A stretch of 64,000 nt of DNA from Gekko japonicus. Its lineage: Eukaryota. The stretch lies in contig NW_015167061.1 in NCBI RefSeq assembly GCF_001447785.1, positions 2,059,770-2,123,769 on the forward strand, in the 5' to 3' direction. The position numbers and the translations under genes were made by a program. The stretch's first letter is position 1, and each line of letters starts with the position of its first letter. This document shows, piece after piece, positions 1-11,300 of this stretch. The notes under the pieces were generated by a model. It was not told the DNA's origin, did no database searches, and saw only the letters and a program-made list of their open reading frames with translations.

Positions 1-1121
1 TGACTGGGAGTGACTTTCCACCCCAGGGGCAACTTCCTTAGGGTGGCCGCCTCTGTCCCCCCCCCCATTTTTGAGAGGGGGTGGGCTGTGGGGAATGAGA
101 GGGCGAATCCTCCCCTTTCAGTGTGTTGGAGTAACATTGGTGTGGACCCCCCCCCCCAAAAAAAAATGTATCTGCTGGGAGTGGGCTGGGGATGAAGGGG
201 GGGCTGGGCTGCTGCTCCCCCCTTCTAAATCCCAAGGGGGGGTTAGTGGTGGTTTTTCTTCATCTCCGGGGGGGGGGAAAGACCCCCAAACTCTGGTGTT
301 CAGTGGGGGGGGGGGTCCCGCTGTAACCACACCCCCAACAACCACAACAACACGGTGAATTGAATAGACAAGGAAGGGGTCCCTCCCCCGCATCCATTTG
401 GGGTCTGCAGGGGGCAGGCCCGAGAGGTTCCCCCAAGTGCAGGTGTGTGTGGGGGGGGAGTGTTGTGTGTCCCACTTTTTCTGTGGGGTGCCTAAAAGTT
501 TGCCTGCCCTCTGTTCCTTTGGCTCGCCCTGAGTTTAGAGTTCTGTGGGGTTGGCCTCCTGCCAGCCTTCCGGGTTAATGGGGGGTAGGTGCCACCCCCC
601 CAAAAAAAGACCTATTTATTCTGTGGGGCCAGTGACCTTATTACCCCCCCCTTAGGTGGCGGAAACAGTTATCACTCTCCCTCTGTATATGGTGGGGTGT
701 TTCTCTTCTTCTCCCCCCCCCCCATGAAGTATTTGGATTCAGGCACTGGGGGGGGGGCATTCGTTCCCTTATCCTGACAGAATAATCTATAGATGGGGAG
801 GGTGTTTCTCCCTCAATTTTCACATGTGGGGCCAAGTTAGGAAGACCCCCCCCCTGCACGGTCCTTGATTGACACCTTCAGTCATGGATGGGGGGGCGCA
901 GTCTCACTCCCTGCCCTCCACTTCGGGGGGGCTGTGCCCCCTCTCTGGAAGACTGGGGGGTCCAACCTACCCCCCCCCACATGGGATTTGGGGACCTCAC
1001 AGCCTGGACTGGGGGGAGTTGTGAGGGCTAATTTCCCTCCCCCCCCCGTGACTGACTGACTGACCGACTGACCCCTCGGCCAGTGCCACTCCTCCTGGTG
1101 TCCCCATCCTCTACTTGCAGC

Positions 1122-1656
1122 CAATCCTCCCTCTGAGCCAGTGATGGCGAACCTTTTAGAGACCGAGTGCCCAAACTGCGACCCAAAACCCACTTATTTA
1201 TCACAAAGTGCCAACATGGCAATTTAACCTGAATACTGAGGTTTTACTTTAGAAAAAACAACTCATACATTAACTTAAGATGATGCAAACAAAGTAAGGA
1301 AAGCAATCCCAAATGCTTTCATTTACTTAAAATTATCTGGCAGAGAATTCCACAATTTAATGATGGTCTGGGCCTGGCTGGGGCGATGGCAGGCGTACCC
1401 GCAGAGAGGGCTCTGAGTGCCACCTCTGGCACCCGTGCCATAGGTTCGCCACCACTGCTCTAAGCGGTGGAGTCTTGTGAACAAAACTTCCACTTTGTGA
1501 GCTGCTGGCATTAAGGTTGTGAGTGAGTGATCTGGCTGCTGCATAAATTAGCTTGCTCCAGAGCCCTTCTTCCTGAGCGAAGACAAAAAATGTGTCAGCT
1601 GGAGGCTAAAAACCTGTGAGCTAGCTCACACTAACTCAGCTTAGAGGGAACACTGC
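1122..1656. mobile_element. Family-1 hAT MITE (~205 bp, TIR CAGTGYTCCCTCTAAGCTG), interrupted copy
   Basis: Same sequence as the copies at 14120 and 55026. Confidence 0.75.
1139..1457. mobile_element. hAT-type MITE (TIR CAGTGATGGCGAACCT) nested in the left end of a family-1 MITE
   Basis: TIRs at both ends; 8-bp TSD ctctgagc/ctctaagc. Confidence 0.8.
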
Positions 1657-1778
1657 GCGTGGCTTGGCCTGGTCAGTCAGTGTGGCCTACCCGTGGCAGG
1701 CCCAGCTGCCTCTCCAAGGGGTGGGGGCTGTGTTTGTTGTGTTGGGGGGGGTGTCTACTCAGAGAAGTTCCAAGAACC

Positions 1779-1973
1779 AGTGCTCTCTCTACGCCATGGA
1801 GTCTTTCCACTTTGCGAGCTCCTGGCGTTAAAGTTTTGAGTGAGCGATTGGGCTGCTGCTGCAAAAATCAGTTTGCTCCAGAGCCCTCCTTCCTGAGCGG
1901 AGACAAACACGTGTGAGCCGGAGGCTAAAAAGCTGCAAGCTGGCTCACACTCACTCCGCTTAGAGGGAACATT
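1779..1973. mobile_element. Family-1 hAT MITE
   Basis: TIR-like ends and shared internal sequence. Confidence 0.75.
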
Positions 1974-2165
1974 GAGTCTGGGTGCCTCTTCCCCCCCCCC
2001 TTGGCTTCCTCCTGGGCGCTTTTCCCCCAGGGTGGGGGTGATGTGAATAGCCCCCCTCCTCTGCCCCCCCCACTACCCTTAATGACGGCCTCTTTCTCTC
2101 TCCCCTCCCCATCCCCCCCCCCTTGGCAGGCGGGCAGCCAGTGAGGAGGCCAGGCGGCGTCGGTC

Positions 2166-2378
2166 ATGCCCCGGAGGAAGGTGGCGGGGCGGGCCTGGGA
2201 CGGCGGCGCGGGCAACGGGCCCGGCGGCGGGGCTGCTCGCAAGCGGCCTGCCTCCTCTTCCTCCTCCTCCTCGTCATCATCGTCCTCATCCCGCACCGGG
2301 GGGCCCCGTCTGCAGCCGCCCAGGAAGAAGGAGCGCAACGGAGGTGGTGGGGGAGACGGCGGGACTGGGGGTGGGTGG
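2166..2378 (+). CDS. RCC2: RCC2 coding exon 1 (MPRRKV..., poly-Ser/Gly N-terminus); 3' end uncertain
   Basis: MPRRKVAGRAWDGGAGNG resembles RCC2 MPRKKAAAAAWEEPSSGNG. A pyrimidine tract + AG acceptor at 2128-2129 precedes it. The only nearby phase-0 GT is at 2379. Confidence 0.7.
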
Positions 2379-5300
2379 GTGCGGGGCGGGGCGGGAGGTC
2401 ACAACAGCCCTCCAGAGTAGACCCTCCCACCTCCTCCCTGATGGGGATTTATTGGGGGGGATGGAGAGGGCGCCTTGCGGGTGGACGGGGGATCATGGGG
2501 TGCGGAGCGCTGAGCACCCCCCTTCCTTAGGGTGATTCTCCCTCTAAACCGCGGAGTCTTGTGAGCAAAAAATCTACTTTGTGAGCTCCTGGCATGAGCG
2601 GGCGATTCAGCTGCTGCAGAAATTAGTTTGTTCCGGAGCCCTCCTCCCTGAGCCGAGATGAAAATGTGTGAGCTGGAGGCTAAAAAACTGTGAGCTGGCT
2701 CGCAGCAGCTCAGCTTAGAGAGAACAGTGGTGATGGTGGGGGTCTACTTCTGGGGAGGAAGGGAAGGGAAAGGGATTGCCAGCAAGAAGGGGAGATGCGG
2801 GAGGTTGGGAGGAGTGGCAACAGGGGCACGTGGGGGGGTGGCCGAGAACCAGGGATCCCCATTTAGGGGACGGGGTGGAGCCACGTGTCCTGTGCAAGGG
2901 GTTGCTGTCAATGCTCCTCCTAAGCCGTGGAGTCTTGTGAGCAGAAATTCTACTTTGTGAGCTCCTGGCCTTAAAGTTGTGAGCAAGCGATTTGGCTGCT
3001 GCATGAATTAAGTTTGCTCTGGAGCCCTCCCTTCCTGAGCGGAGACAAAAATCTGTGAGCTGGAGGCTAAAAAACTGTGAGCTACCTCACACTCACTCAG
3101 CTTAGAGGGAACACTGGTTGTTATTAGGAGAGTTGTGATTGTGCAGACCCTGGAACACAGACACACTTAGGGTGCGTTCAGACGGGGTGCGTTCAGACGG
3201 GGGCTTTACAACGGTATAGGTGCCGGTTCCAACCAGTGTACTTACCGGCGTTCACACGGCGAACATCTGCCTCCCGTCCCTAACCGTTGTAAAGGCCTTT
3301 AAACCGTTGCACTCTGCCACTAGGTCCCCAAGTGGTGGTATCCTGAGTGCAACGGTTGCAATCGCTGTACCCCTCCGTCTGATCGCTCTCCACCGGTGCC
3401 TAGCCACTTCCGTTCGGAAGCCTGAGGCGTCCAATTTCCCCCCACCATTTTTTTTTCACTAAGCGATATGCGCTTGGGCGAAGCTTTGCCCTGAGCGTTT
3501 GTTTAAAAAAAAAATGCCCCTTAGTGTAGCGTATCGGAGGAGTCCGGGACTTAAGGGAGGTCAGTTTGGTCTTTAAACTTTAAAGGTAAGTCCTTACCTT
3601 TAAAGTTTAAATGTAATACGGGGTGTTTTGAGCATGCGCAAAGATCGCCATTCTGTGGATGGCTGCCTATGCGCATGCTCAAAGTGAGTTAAAAAAAAAA
3701 AGCCGACGCCCGCAGCGTGTGAGCGGGCATACAGCGATGGGATCCGCAAAAGGGAGGTGAGTGTGATCGCGTTTCAGCCGGCATAAACTGCACCGGTTCC
3801 AACCGGTACAGTTTATGCCGGCTGAAACGCCGCGTCTGAACGCACCCATGGAGACGCACACTTTTTGAGATGCTGGAATGCAAGGAGCTGCTGGGGGTTT
3901 CCAAGGTAGAAGCACCTTGTGAAGAGGTCTCAGGGCTTTATATTGGGGGGGGTGTAATTTGGGGGCAGACCGGAGGAGTGGCTGAACCTCCACTTGAATG
4001 CCTGCCTCGGGGTCCAGGAAGGGTCGTGGGTGCTGAGGCCATCCTCCCCACACACTCTCAGGAAGGTGCCCCGTGTTCCTTGGGAGCCCAGAACTGCCTC
4101 TGGCCCCTCTCCCTAGTTGTTGGGATTGTTGGTTAGCGGTTTGTTCTAGCTCTGGGGTGCAGTAACATGGGAGAGAACTAGCATTCAGAGCTCTTATCGG
4201 AGAAACGGGCTCCTTTTCCGCATCAACTCAGGGAACGGTCGGAGATGGGCCCTGGGAGAACTTGGCTTCTCTCTGCCTCTCTCCTTAGGAGCTGGCGGAA
4301 GCCCCCCCCCCCAGTCTGAAGAGGTCCAGGGGAGAGATGCGCATGTCTGGCCTCCCCCCTCCCCCCCTTCCTTCCCGGGCTGCAAGGGAAGTCTTGCTTC
4401 TGCATAAAAGACTCCAGACGCATGCACACACCCACCCACCCACCCTCCTTCTCTTTCCACTTGGAGGGGAAGCCGAGCCTCTCTGGGCCGCAGCGGAGCC
4501 CTTCATACGGCCCCCCCCCCTGCTCTTCCCCCCCCCCCCCCCCAATCCCTTTTGTCTACCTGCGGACCGGCTTCTCAGGGGGGAAAGGAAGGGGGGGAGC
4601 TGAGAGCTGTTGTCTGCTGATTAAGAAGACTGGGCTAATTAAAAGCTCCCCTCTCTGGCCGCCCAGTGGCTGGAGGACCAGGACCACGCCTTGGAGAAAC
4701 TTTTATTCGCCGGCATGCGAGGCCTGCCAAAGGAGCACACGCCTGTGTGGGACAGCAGGCGCTGTGGTCTGTCTCTCTCTTCGTAATAGGCTATTTCCAA
4801 ATACAGGTCCGGTTTGTTTAGTTGCACTGTCAGCCGTTTTTTAGCGTAATTGATTGTTCAGTCCTGTGCATGTCTGCTGAGAAGGAATGCGTGAACTCAG
4901 TGGGACTTAACTGACTTCTGAAAAGGCCCAGAAGGGGAGGGGGTCCACATGTCTGGAAGTCCTGAGTTCTTTGTTTTTAGAAATATCAGCTGCATTCAAG
5001 TTAGTTCATGTGGGGGGGGGGAGGGTTGACCTCATCTTCCCTGACCTGAAAGGGGCCCTCACAGCCATGGCTTGTGCCGCTGAGTCCTAGAACTGAATGC
5101 TTATCCTCGTCGACCAGTTGCTGCTCTAAGGGATCATTGCAGGTTAGGCTGAGAGCTGCCCCTCCCACACACACTCTTTCCAGCCAGAATCAGGGCTTGA
5201 TGACTCTGAACCCAGGACTCCTAGTTTTCAGTCTGTTGTGACACTTACTTTGAGTGTCTGCTCCTAGACGCAGGTTGACCTGACCTGGGAGAGCCAACGT

Positions 5301-8300
5301 AGGGCCCCCAGCCAGTCTCACGATGGGACTATGTCGTAATGATGAAGCTGGGGAAAGTTCAGTGCTTCCCGTCCAATTCCAGGTCATGGAATACGTGACT
5401 TCTGATTCCGGTCCTGCAGAGGCCGGTATCTAATACTGCCTGCAAACACAGCTAGAGATGGCTTTTGCACACTCATTCTGACTCTGTCTGTCTGTCTGAC
5501 ACCCAGAAACTTGAAGGGCCCAAGTTCAAGGGGCAGCTTCTGATATTTGGAGCCACTAACTGGGACTTGATTGGCCGCAAAGAAGTACCCAAGCAGCAAG
5601 GTAGGTTTACGGCAGCACAGACCATTTTTGGATTAAATTAGCTGGGTGGGCAAGAAGGGGAAAGTGGGTGTCTTTAGGACATTTTATTAATGGGTAGATC
5701 CCACAGGTGTTTGTAGGGCTGAGTTGCTGTCTTAAAGTTTTCCAACACTGCTGGATTTCTATCCATGATTGTGTTTTGTTTTTATACTGTGTCTTTTTAC
5801 AGAGTTAGTTATAAGCTGACCTTTTGGTCAGGGCTTTTAGACCGATGATAGAAAGACATCGTTTTGCAAGTCATCTCAAACTGTTCTGAGAGATGAGGTA
5901 GTAATTAATGATTCAGGTTATAGGGAAGGGGCTGTTGCTTAGTGGAAGAGCCTCTGCTTTGCATACAGATGGTCCCAGGTTCAATCCCCAGCACCTCCAG
6001 TTAAATGGACCTGAGTAGACAGTTCTGATGCTTCCTCTAAGCTGTGGAGTCCTGGGAGCAAAAATTCCACTTTGCGAGCTACTGGCACTAAAGTTGTGAG
6101 CGAGCCATTTGGCTACTGCATAAATTAGTTTGCTCTGGAGCCCCATCCTTCCTGAGCCAAGACAAAAATGTGTGAGCCGGAGGCTAAAAACCTGTGAGCT
6201 GGCTCACACTAACTCAGCTTACACTGGTTCTGACTTTGAAGGACCAAGGGGATGATTCAGTATAATGCAGCTTCATGTGTGACATGGCCTGTATGGGCAA
6301 AGGAGGGTGCATGAACAGAGAGTTTGCTGAAGCGTGTGCAAAACTATTTGAGCCAGTGTGACAGACTTGGATTCCCAAGACAGCCATCTCCAAGTTAAAT
6401 TAGCTCATTGGTCCTTGGTCCAAGGTGGGGACTTGGCTTTTGCTGTTGTGTCTCTCAGTTCTGTAACCTCAGCTGCCCTCTGAGCCTCATTAACATCCAG
6501 AGTGAGGTGCAAAGGAGACCATCCTATCTTTGCATCTCTTTCGGCTGCAGTTGGGCCTCATGCAACTGGATGTGCCTCCGTAGAGCAAATTCTGTGCCCA
6601 TAGAAAACTAGCACGTCAGAGGCACTACTGGTTCTACATCAGCCTTCTCTGACATTTTAGATTTATGGAGGAGCGGGCAGTCTGGTGTGCAGTCGGAACG
6701 GACCTAGCACAGCTTCGCCTCCTCTCTGAGGAATGATGTGGAATCTGAAGCTTCCTAAATGGCATCTGAGGATGACCCATCAAGGTCCAGGGCTTGCAGA
6801 TCTGTGATGCAGGCACTGGCCTTTCATTTTAGGCTATGTTGGACCCTGATTCTTTTCCTTGATCCATTTCATCTCTCACTGCCACAAATGATAACCCAGG
6901 TTAACAAACCTCGCAGGTTCGGGGAGAGTACTGTAGATGTCAAGAGACCGCGAGTATTTTGTATGTGAGTTTTATGCTACTAGCAGAACGGATGTTTGAA
7001 CCTGTAGCTTGCGGAGATGGGTTCGCTGGCTCTTCGAAGCAGACATCTTCCAGGTTTTCTGCCTGGATTAGAATAGAAGGGGAGCCCCCACAGCCAGCGT
7101 TGTCCCCTCTCTGCTTTGCTTATCACAGTTCTGACGTTATCCCGGCTCAGGCTGTGCGCCCTTCGCTTGATATCTAGCTGCAGGTCACCTGAGTTCAGCT
7201 TCTGCTCTTCAGTAAAACAAAAAGGTAAAGGTTCCCTTGCTTGAAAGCCAGTCGAGTCCGACTCTAGGGTTGCGGTGCTCATCTCCGTTTCCAAGCTGAA
7301 GAGCCAGCGCTGTCCGAAGATGTTTCCGTGGTCATGTGGCCGGCATGACTAGACACCAAGGTGCACGGAATGCTGTTACCTTCCCACCAAAGTGGTACCT
7401 ATTGATCTACTTGCAATTTCTTGCTTTCGAACGGCTAGGTTGGCAGGAGCTGGAACTAGAGATGAGAGCTCACTCCATCATGCGGCACCCGGGTCTCGAA
7501 CTGCTGAACTACTGACCTTCCACAGCCTGCAGTTCAGCGACTTAACCACTTGAGCCACAAAAGGGGGCAGCAAAAGGCAAAGGCTCAGCGGCAGAGGACA
7601 TGCTAGGACGTTTTAGGGTCCATCTCGGGTATCTCCGGTTGCCTGCCTCTGGCCTGGGGTCTTGGAGAGCTGCTGTCATCGGAAGGATAACACTGCTGGG
7701 CTGTGTGGCCCAGTGGTCAGACTTGGCAGAAGGCCACTCTCGACACTTTACTAGAAGAGCTGGTGAACTATGTGGAGCGTAGCAGAGCAGGGAGGAGGAG
7801 GCGCTGGGTGTTTTGGATCCTCTTGGTCACTGACTTCCATATGCCAGCAAAACACGTTTGGTGGCAGTAGTTCTTTAAGGGAGATCGACTGGATCCCCGT
7901 TTTGCAGATGGAGGACTGACCCGGCCAGTCTGCAGTGAAGAATTGGGGGGGGGGGGGCCCTGACTGAGTGGCAGAGTGCTTTCTTTACCTGCAGAAGGTT
8001 GCAGGTGCAACCTCTGGCTTCTCCCATCCAAAGGATATCTGACAGGTGCTGTTGGAAAAGGTCTGTGTCCACCAGCCACTGGCCTAGATGGGGTGCAGCA
8101 TAATAATAATAATAATAATATACTTTATTGTCATTGTACACAGTACAACGAAATTAAAGGTGCAATCATTTCAGTGATCTACAGCCATACACATATACAC
8201 TCACACAACCATTCACAACCATCCCATAACTCCCTTAAGGTTCACATTGCAACCTAAACCACCAATGTCACCCAAATTCCAACTTCATGCAGCATTTAAA

Positions 8301-11300
8301 GCAATAATAGCTCTCGAATAAAAACTGTTTTTATTCAGCATGCTGCACCCCATCTAGGCCAGTGGCTGGTGGGCACAGACCTTTTCCAACAGCACCTGTC
8401 AGAAACAGGTGCCCCCTTCCCACCACCGCTGTCACTCCCTTCTCTCCCACTCGTGGTCCCTTCCCCAGTCCACGTCTGCTGGCAGTGTTGAAAGATAACA
8501 ACAAAAAGACTCCGCTATAGGGTGCCTGTTAGGTTAGTCACTTCCCTGCATTGTGTGTGTGTGTGGCCTTAGGTAGGAGTTGTATAAACTGTATAATGTA
8601 AACCGCTCAGAGCCCTTAGGGGGTGAGTGGTCTATAAATCAAAGGAAATAAATAATAATAAATAATAAATACATCTCTCATTCAGAAACGTGGCTCCTGG
8701 GGGGTGAGTTGCCGGCCACTGGCTGCCGTTTCCAGGGGTGGGCCTCAGACTTGGCCGATGCCGTTTTTGACGGAAATAGCTTGGCCTGCCTCTGCCGACT
8801 CCCTTGCTCTCTCATGCCATTGCTCCTCTTGCATTGCAGCCGCTTACCGTAACCTGGGCCAGAACTTATGGGGGCCCCACCGGTATGGGTGTCTCTCAGG
8901 GATCCAAGTCCGGGCGGTGGTGTCAGGGCCGTGTGCTGCTCACAGCCTCCTGGTTACCTCGGAGGGGAAGCTCTGGAGCTGGGGTGAGTAGAAGAAGGGG
9001 CCTTTGGGTTTGTCTCTTCTTCCGCTTTGCATGCAGGAGGTCCAGGGCCGGTCTGTGGCACCTCCACTGTAAAGGACCACAAGTAGCCGGTGTTGGGAAC
9101 GACTCGGTCTAGAGATCCTGGAGAGCCACAGGGCCAAAAAGAGCAGCGGTTCANNNNNNNNNNNNNNNNGTGGGGGAGGAGAGCGCAGTGCGGGGGGGGG
9201 GGGGCTGCTTTGCATGGAGAAACTCCCAGGTAGCTTCCCTGGAATCTTGTGGCAAAGGAGATTGCGCAGCCGGACTGGGAGAAGACCTTGGAGAAGTGCT
9301 GCTGGACAGACCAGGCAACAGTCTGTTCAGTGGACTGGCAGTCTGACTCCCTGCTGATCTTTCATGGAGGGCCCGTGGGGGAGAGCACAAGGGGGGCCCT
9401 GGTTCGGTGCAGAGCATCAAGGGGTCATTCTGTAGAGAAAGAGGAGGTGCAGGAGCTCATTAGCATAGGCCACACCCCCTGGCGTCACCTGAAGTGTGTC
9501 AGAAGGCAACACCCACCGCTCAGGCTCCACTGGACTGTTTTGGATTGCTAGCTATTGGTGGAGCGGATGGACGTGCAGATCTGTCCTGGCAGTGGAGGGA
9601 GAGCTTGTACCTGAATAAACCTTGGCCTTAAAGGTGCCACTGGACTGTTTTGGGCTGGGGGGAGCTCTGCAACTTACCTGGCTGCTTCTTGCTCTGACTG
9701 AGGGCTGCTGGGAGCAGGGGGTGGGGCTTGTTCCATGTGTCCACCCCCTGGGCTCTTCACTGCCGGAGCTCCGCTCCTGTGCGGTCCTGCAGGAAATGAC
9801 CCCTGAGAGCATCTAATCGGTGTAATTTATTACAGCAAGAGCCAGTAAAGCAGTACAATTCTGACGTAAGAGAGATTAAAACAGTAATAAATAACATAGC
9901 AATAGTAAAAAAGAACATTAACAAGGGAAAATTAATAAAATTAGTAAAATAATACTAATAATAAGAAAATGTACAGGGTTTTTCCAGCTAAAATAAGTTT
10001 ACGTTCCCTAATAGCTAAGAAACAAAATTTCGCCACAGCGTAAGTCACTGAACTCTGAATGTCTTCTAGGAGGAATTTGCGTAGGACTTCTGGCCTAAAA
10101 TCAAGTTAAGACTGCAGAGGGTTAAATCTAAATAGAAAGGGCAGTATAAGGTGATCTCGTTCCTCCTGATAGAATCTGCAAAACAGGTGCAAAGCATCTT
10201 TAGGTGAAAGGATGTTGGGTACCAGGGCTGGTGAAGACCCTTGCCTGAGGCCCTCATGAGAGAGCTATGGGGATGCAAAAGATCCCTTCCCGGGTGGTGG
10301 AGGGGATCTAGAAAGCTAGGCAAAATCGTAACTGCTTGGTTGGGTTTCTGTGGACTGTCTCTAAAAACAAAGGGTGCATGTATGTCTTGTCTTGTGTATG
10401 TGTAATCTTGATGGCATGGTGTTTTTGTGTGACTCTCTTCTAGGACGTAACGACAAAGGGCAGCTGGGACATGGAGACACCAAGCGTGTAGATGCCCCCA
10501 AGGCCATTGAAGCACTCGGCAGTGAAACAGTTGTCTTGGCAGCTTGTGGCCGAAACCACACCCTAGCCCTGACAGGTACAGGAGGTTTTATGTGAGCTCG
10601 CAGCACCACTCGCTGGCCTGCTGTGCTGTTGTAGAATGTTGTCAAGCATTCCAGTTGCTCAGAGGGAAACAGGCGGCATCGCAGGGCCAGAGGTGGGAGC
10701 GGCAGCTTTGTGAGAGGAAAGAAAAATATACATTGAACAGGGGGAGGCCTCACACAGGGCCTGAGAATGGGAGGACCTGTGTGCTGTGGGCAGGGGAGAG
10801 AGAGAGAGAGAGGGAAGTTGAACAAGAGGGGAATACAAGCAAAACCCTTGCAGTAGACAGTATGGACAGCGGAAGAAGGGTCTGGTGGGGAGAATGGGTG
10901 GAAGAGGAGGCAGAGGAAAGAGGGTTAGATGGGGCTGGACGGAAAGAAAAAGCGAGAGAGAGAAGGTGGGGGAAGAGATTCGCACACAGTCCGGAGTCAA
11001 CCAGGGCAAAATGCTAAGGGCACCCTGGGGAACTTTGGGCCCCAAAGCCAAAAACGGGAGACTGTCGTTGGAGGGGCAAGAGGCGGGCGTGTTCATGAAG
11101 CCTCTTCCCCTTCTGCATTCCAGAGAACGGCTCCGTGTTTGCCTTTGGAGAGAACAAGATGGGCCAGTTGGGCCTCGGTAACCAGACGGATGCTGTCCCC
11201 AGTCCCACGCAGGTTGGCGCCGCAACTTCTCCTCCCCCTTTATTAACAAGGAACAGAACAGTGAATGGATCCTGCAGGTGTTCAGTGAAGCTCAGTTCCG

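Noticed and set aside
1-1100. Many G/C runs suggesting G-quadruplexes or a promoter
   Set aside because: Such runs are ubiquitous in this window, homopolymer lengths may be unreliable, and no TSS can be supported.
1925-2338. Antisense ORF with poly-D/E
   Set aside because: Reverse complement of the RCC2 poly-Ser codons in GC-rich DNA.
4667-4770. Possible missing RCC2 exon between coding exons 1 and 2
   Set aside because: An AG is present, but there is no convincing similarity to the RCC2 N-terminus in any frame and no good donor.
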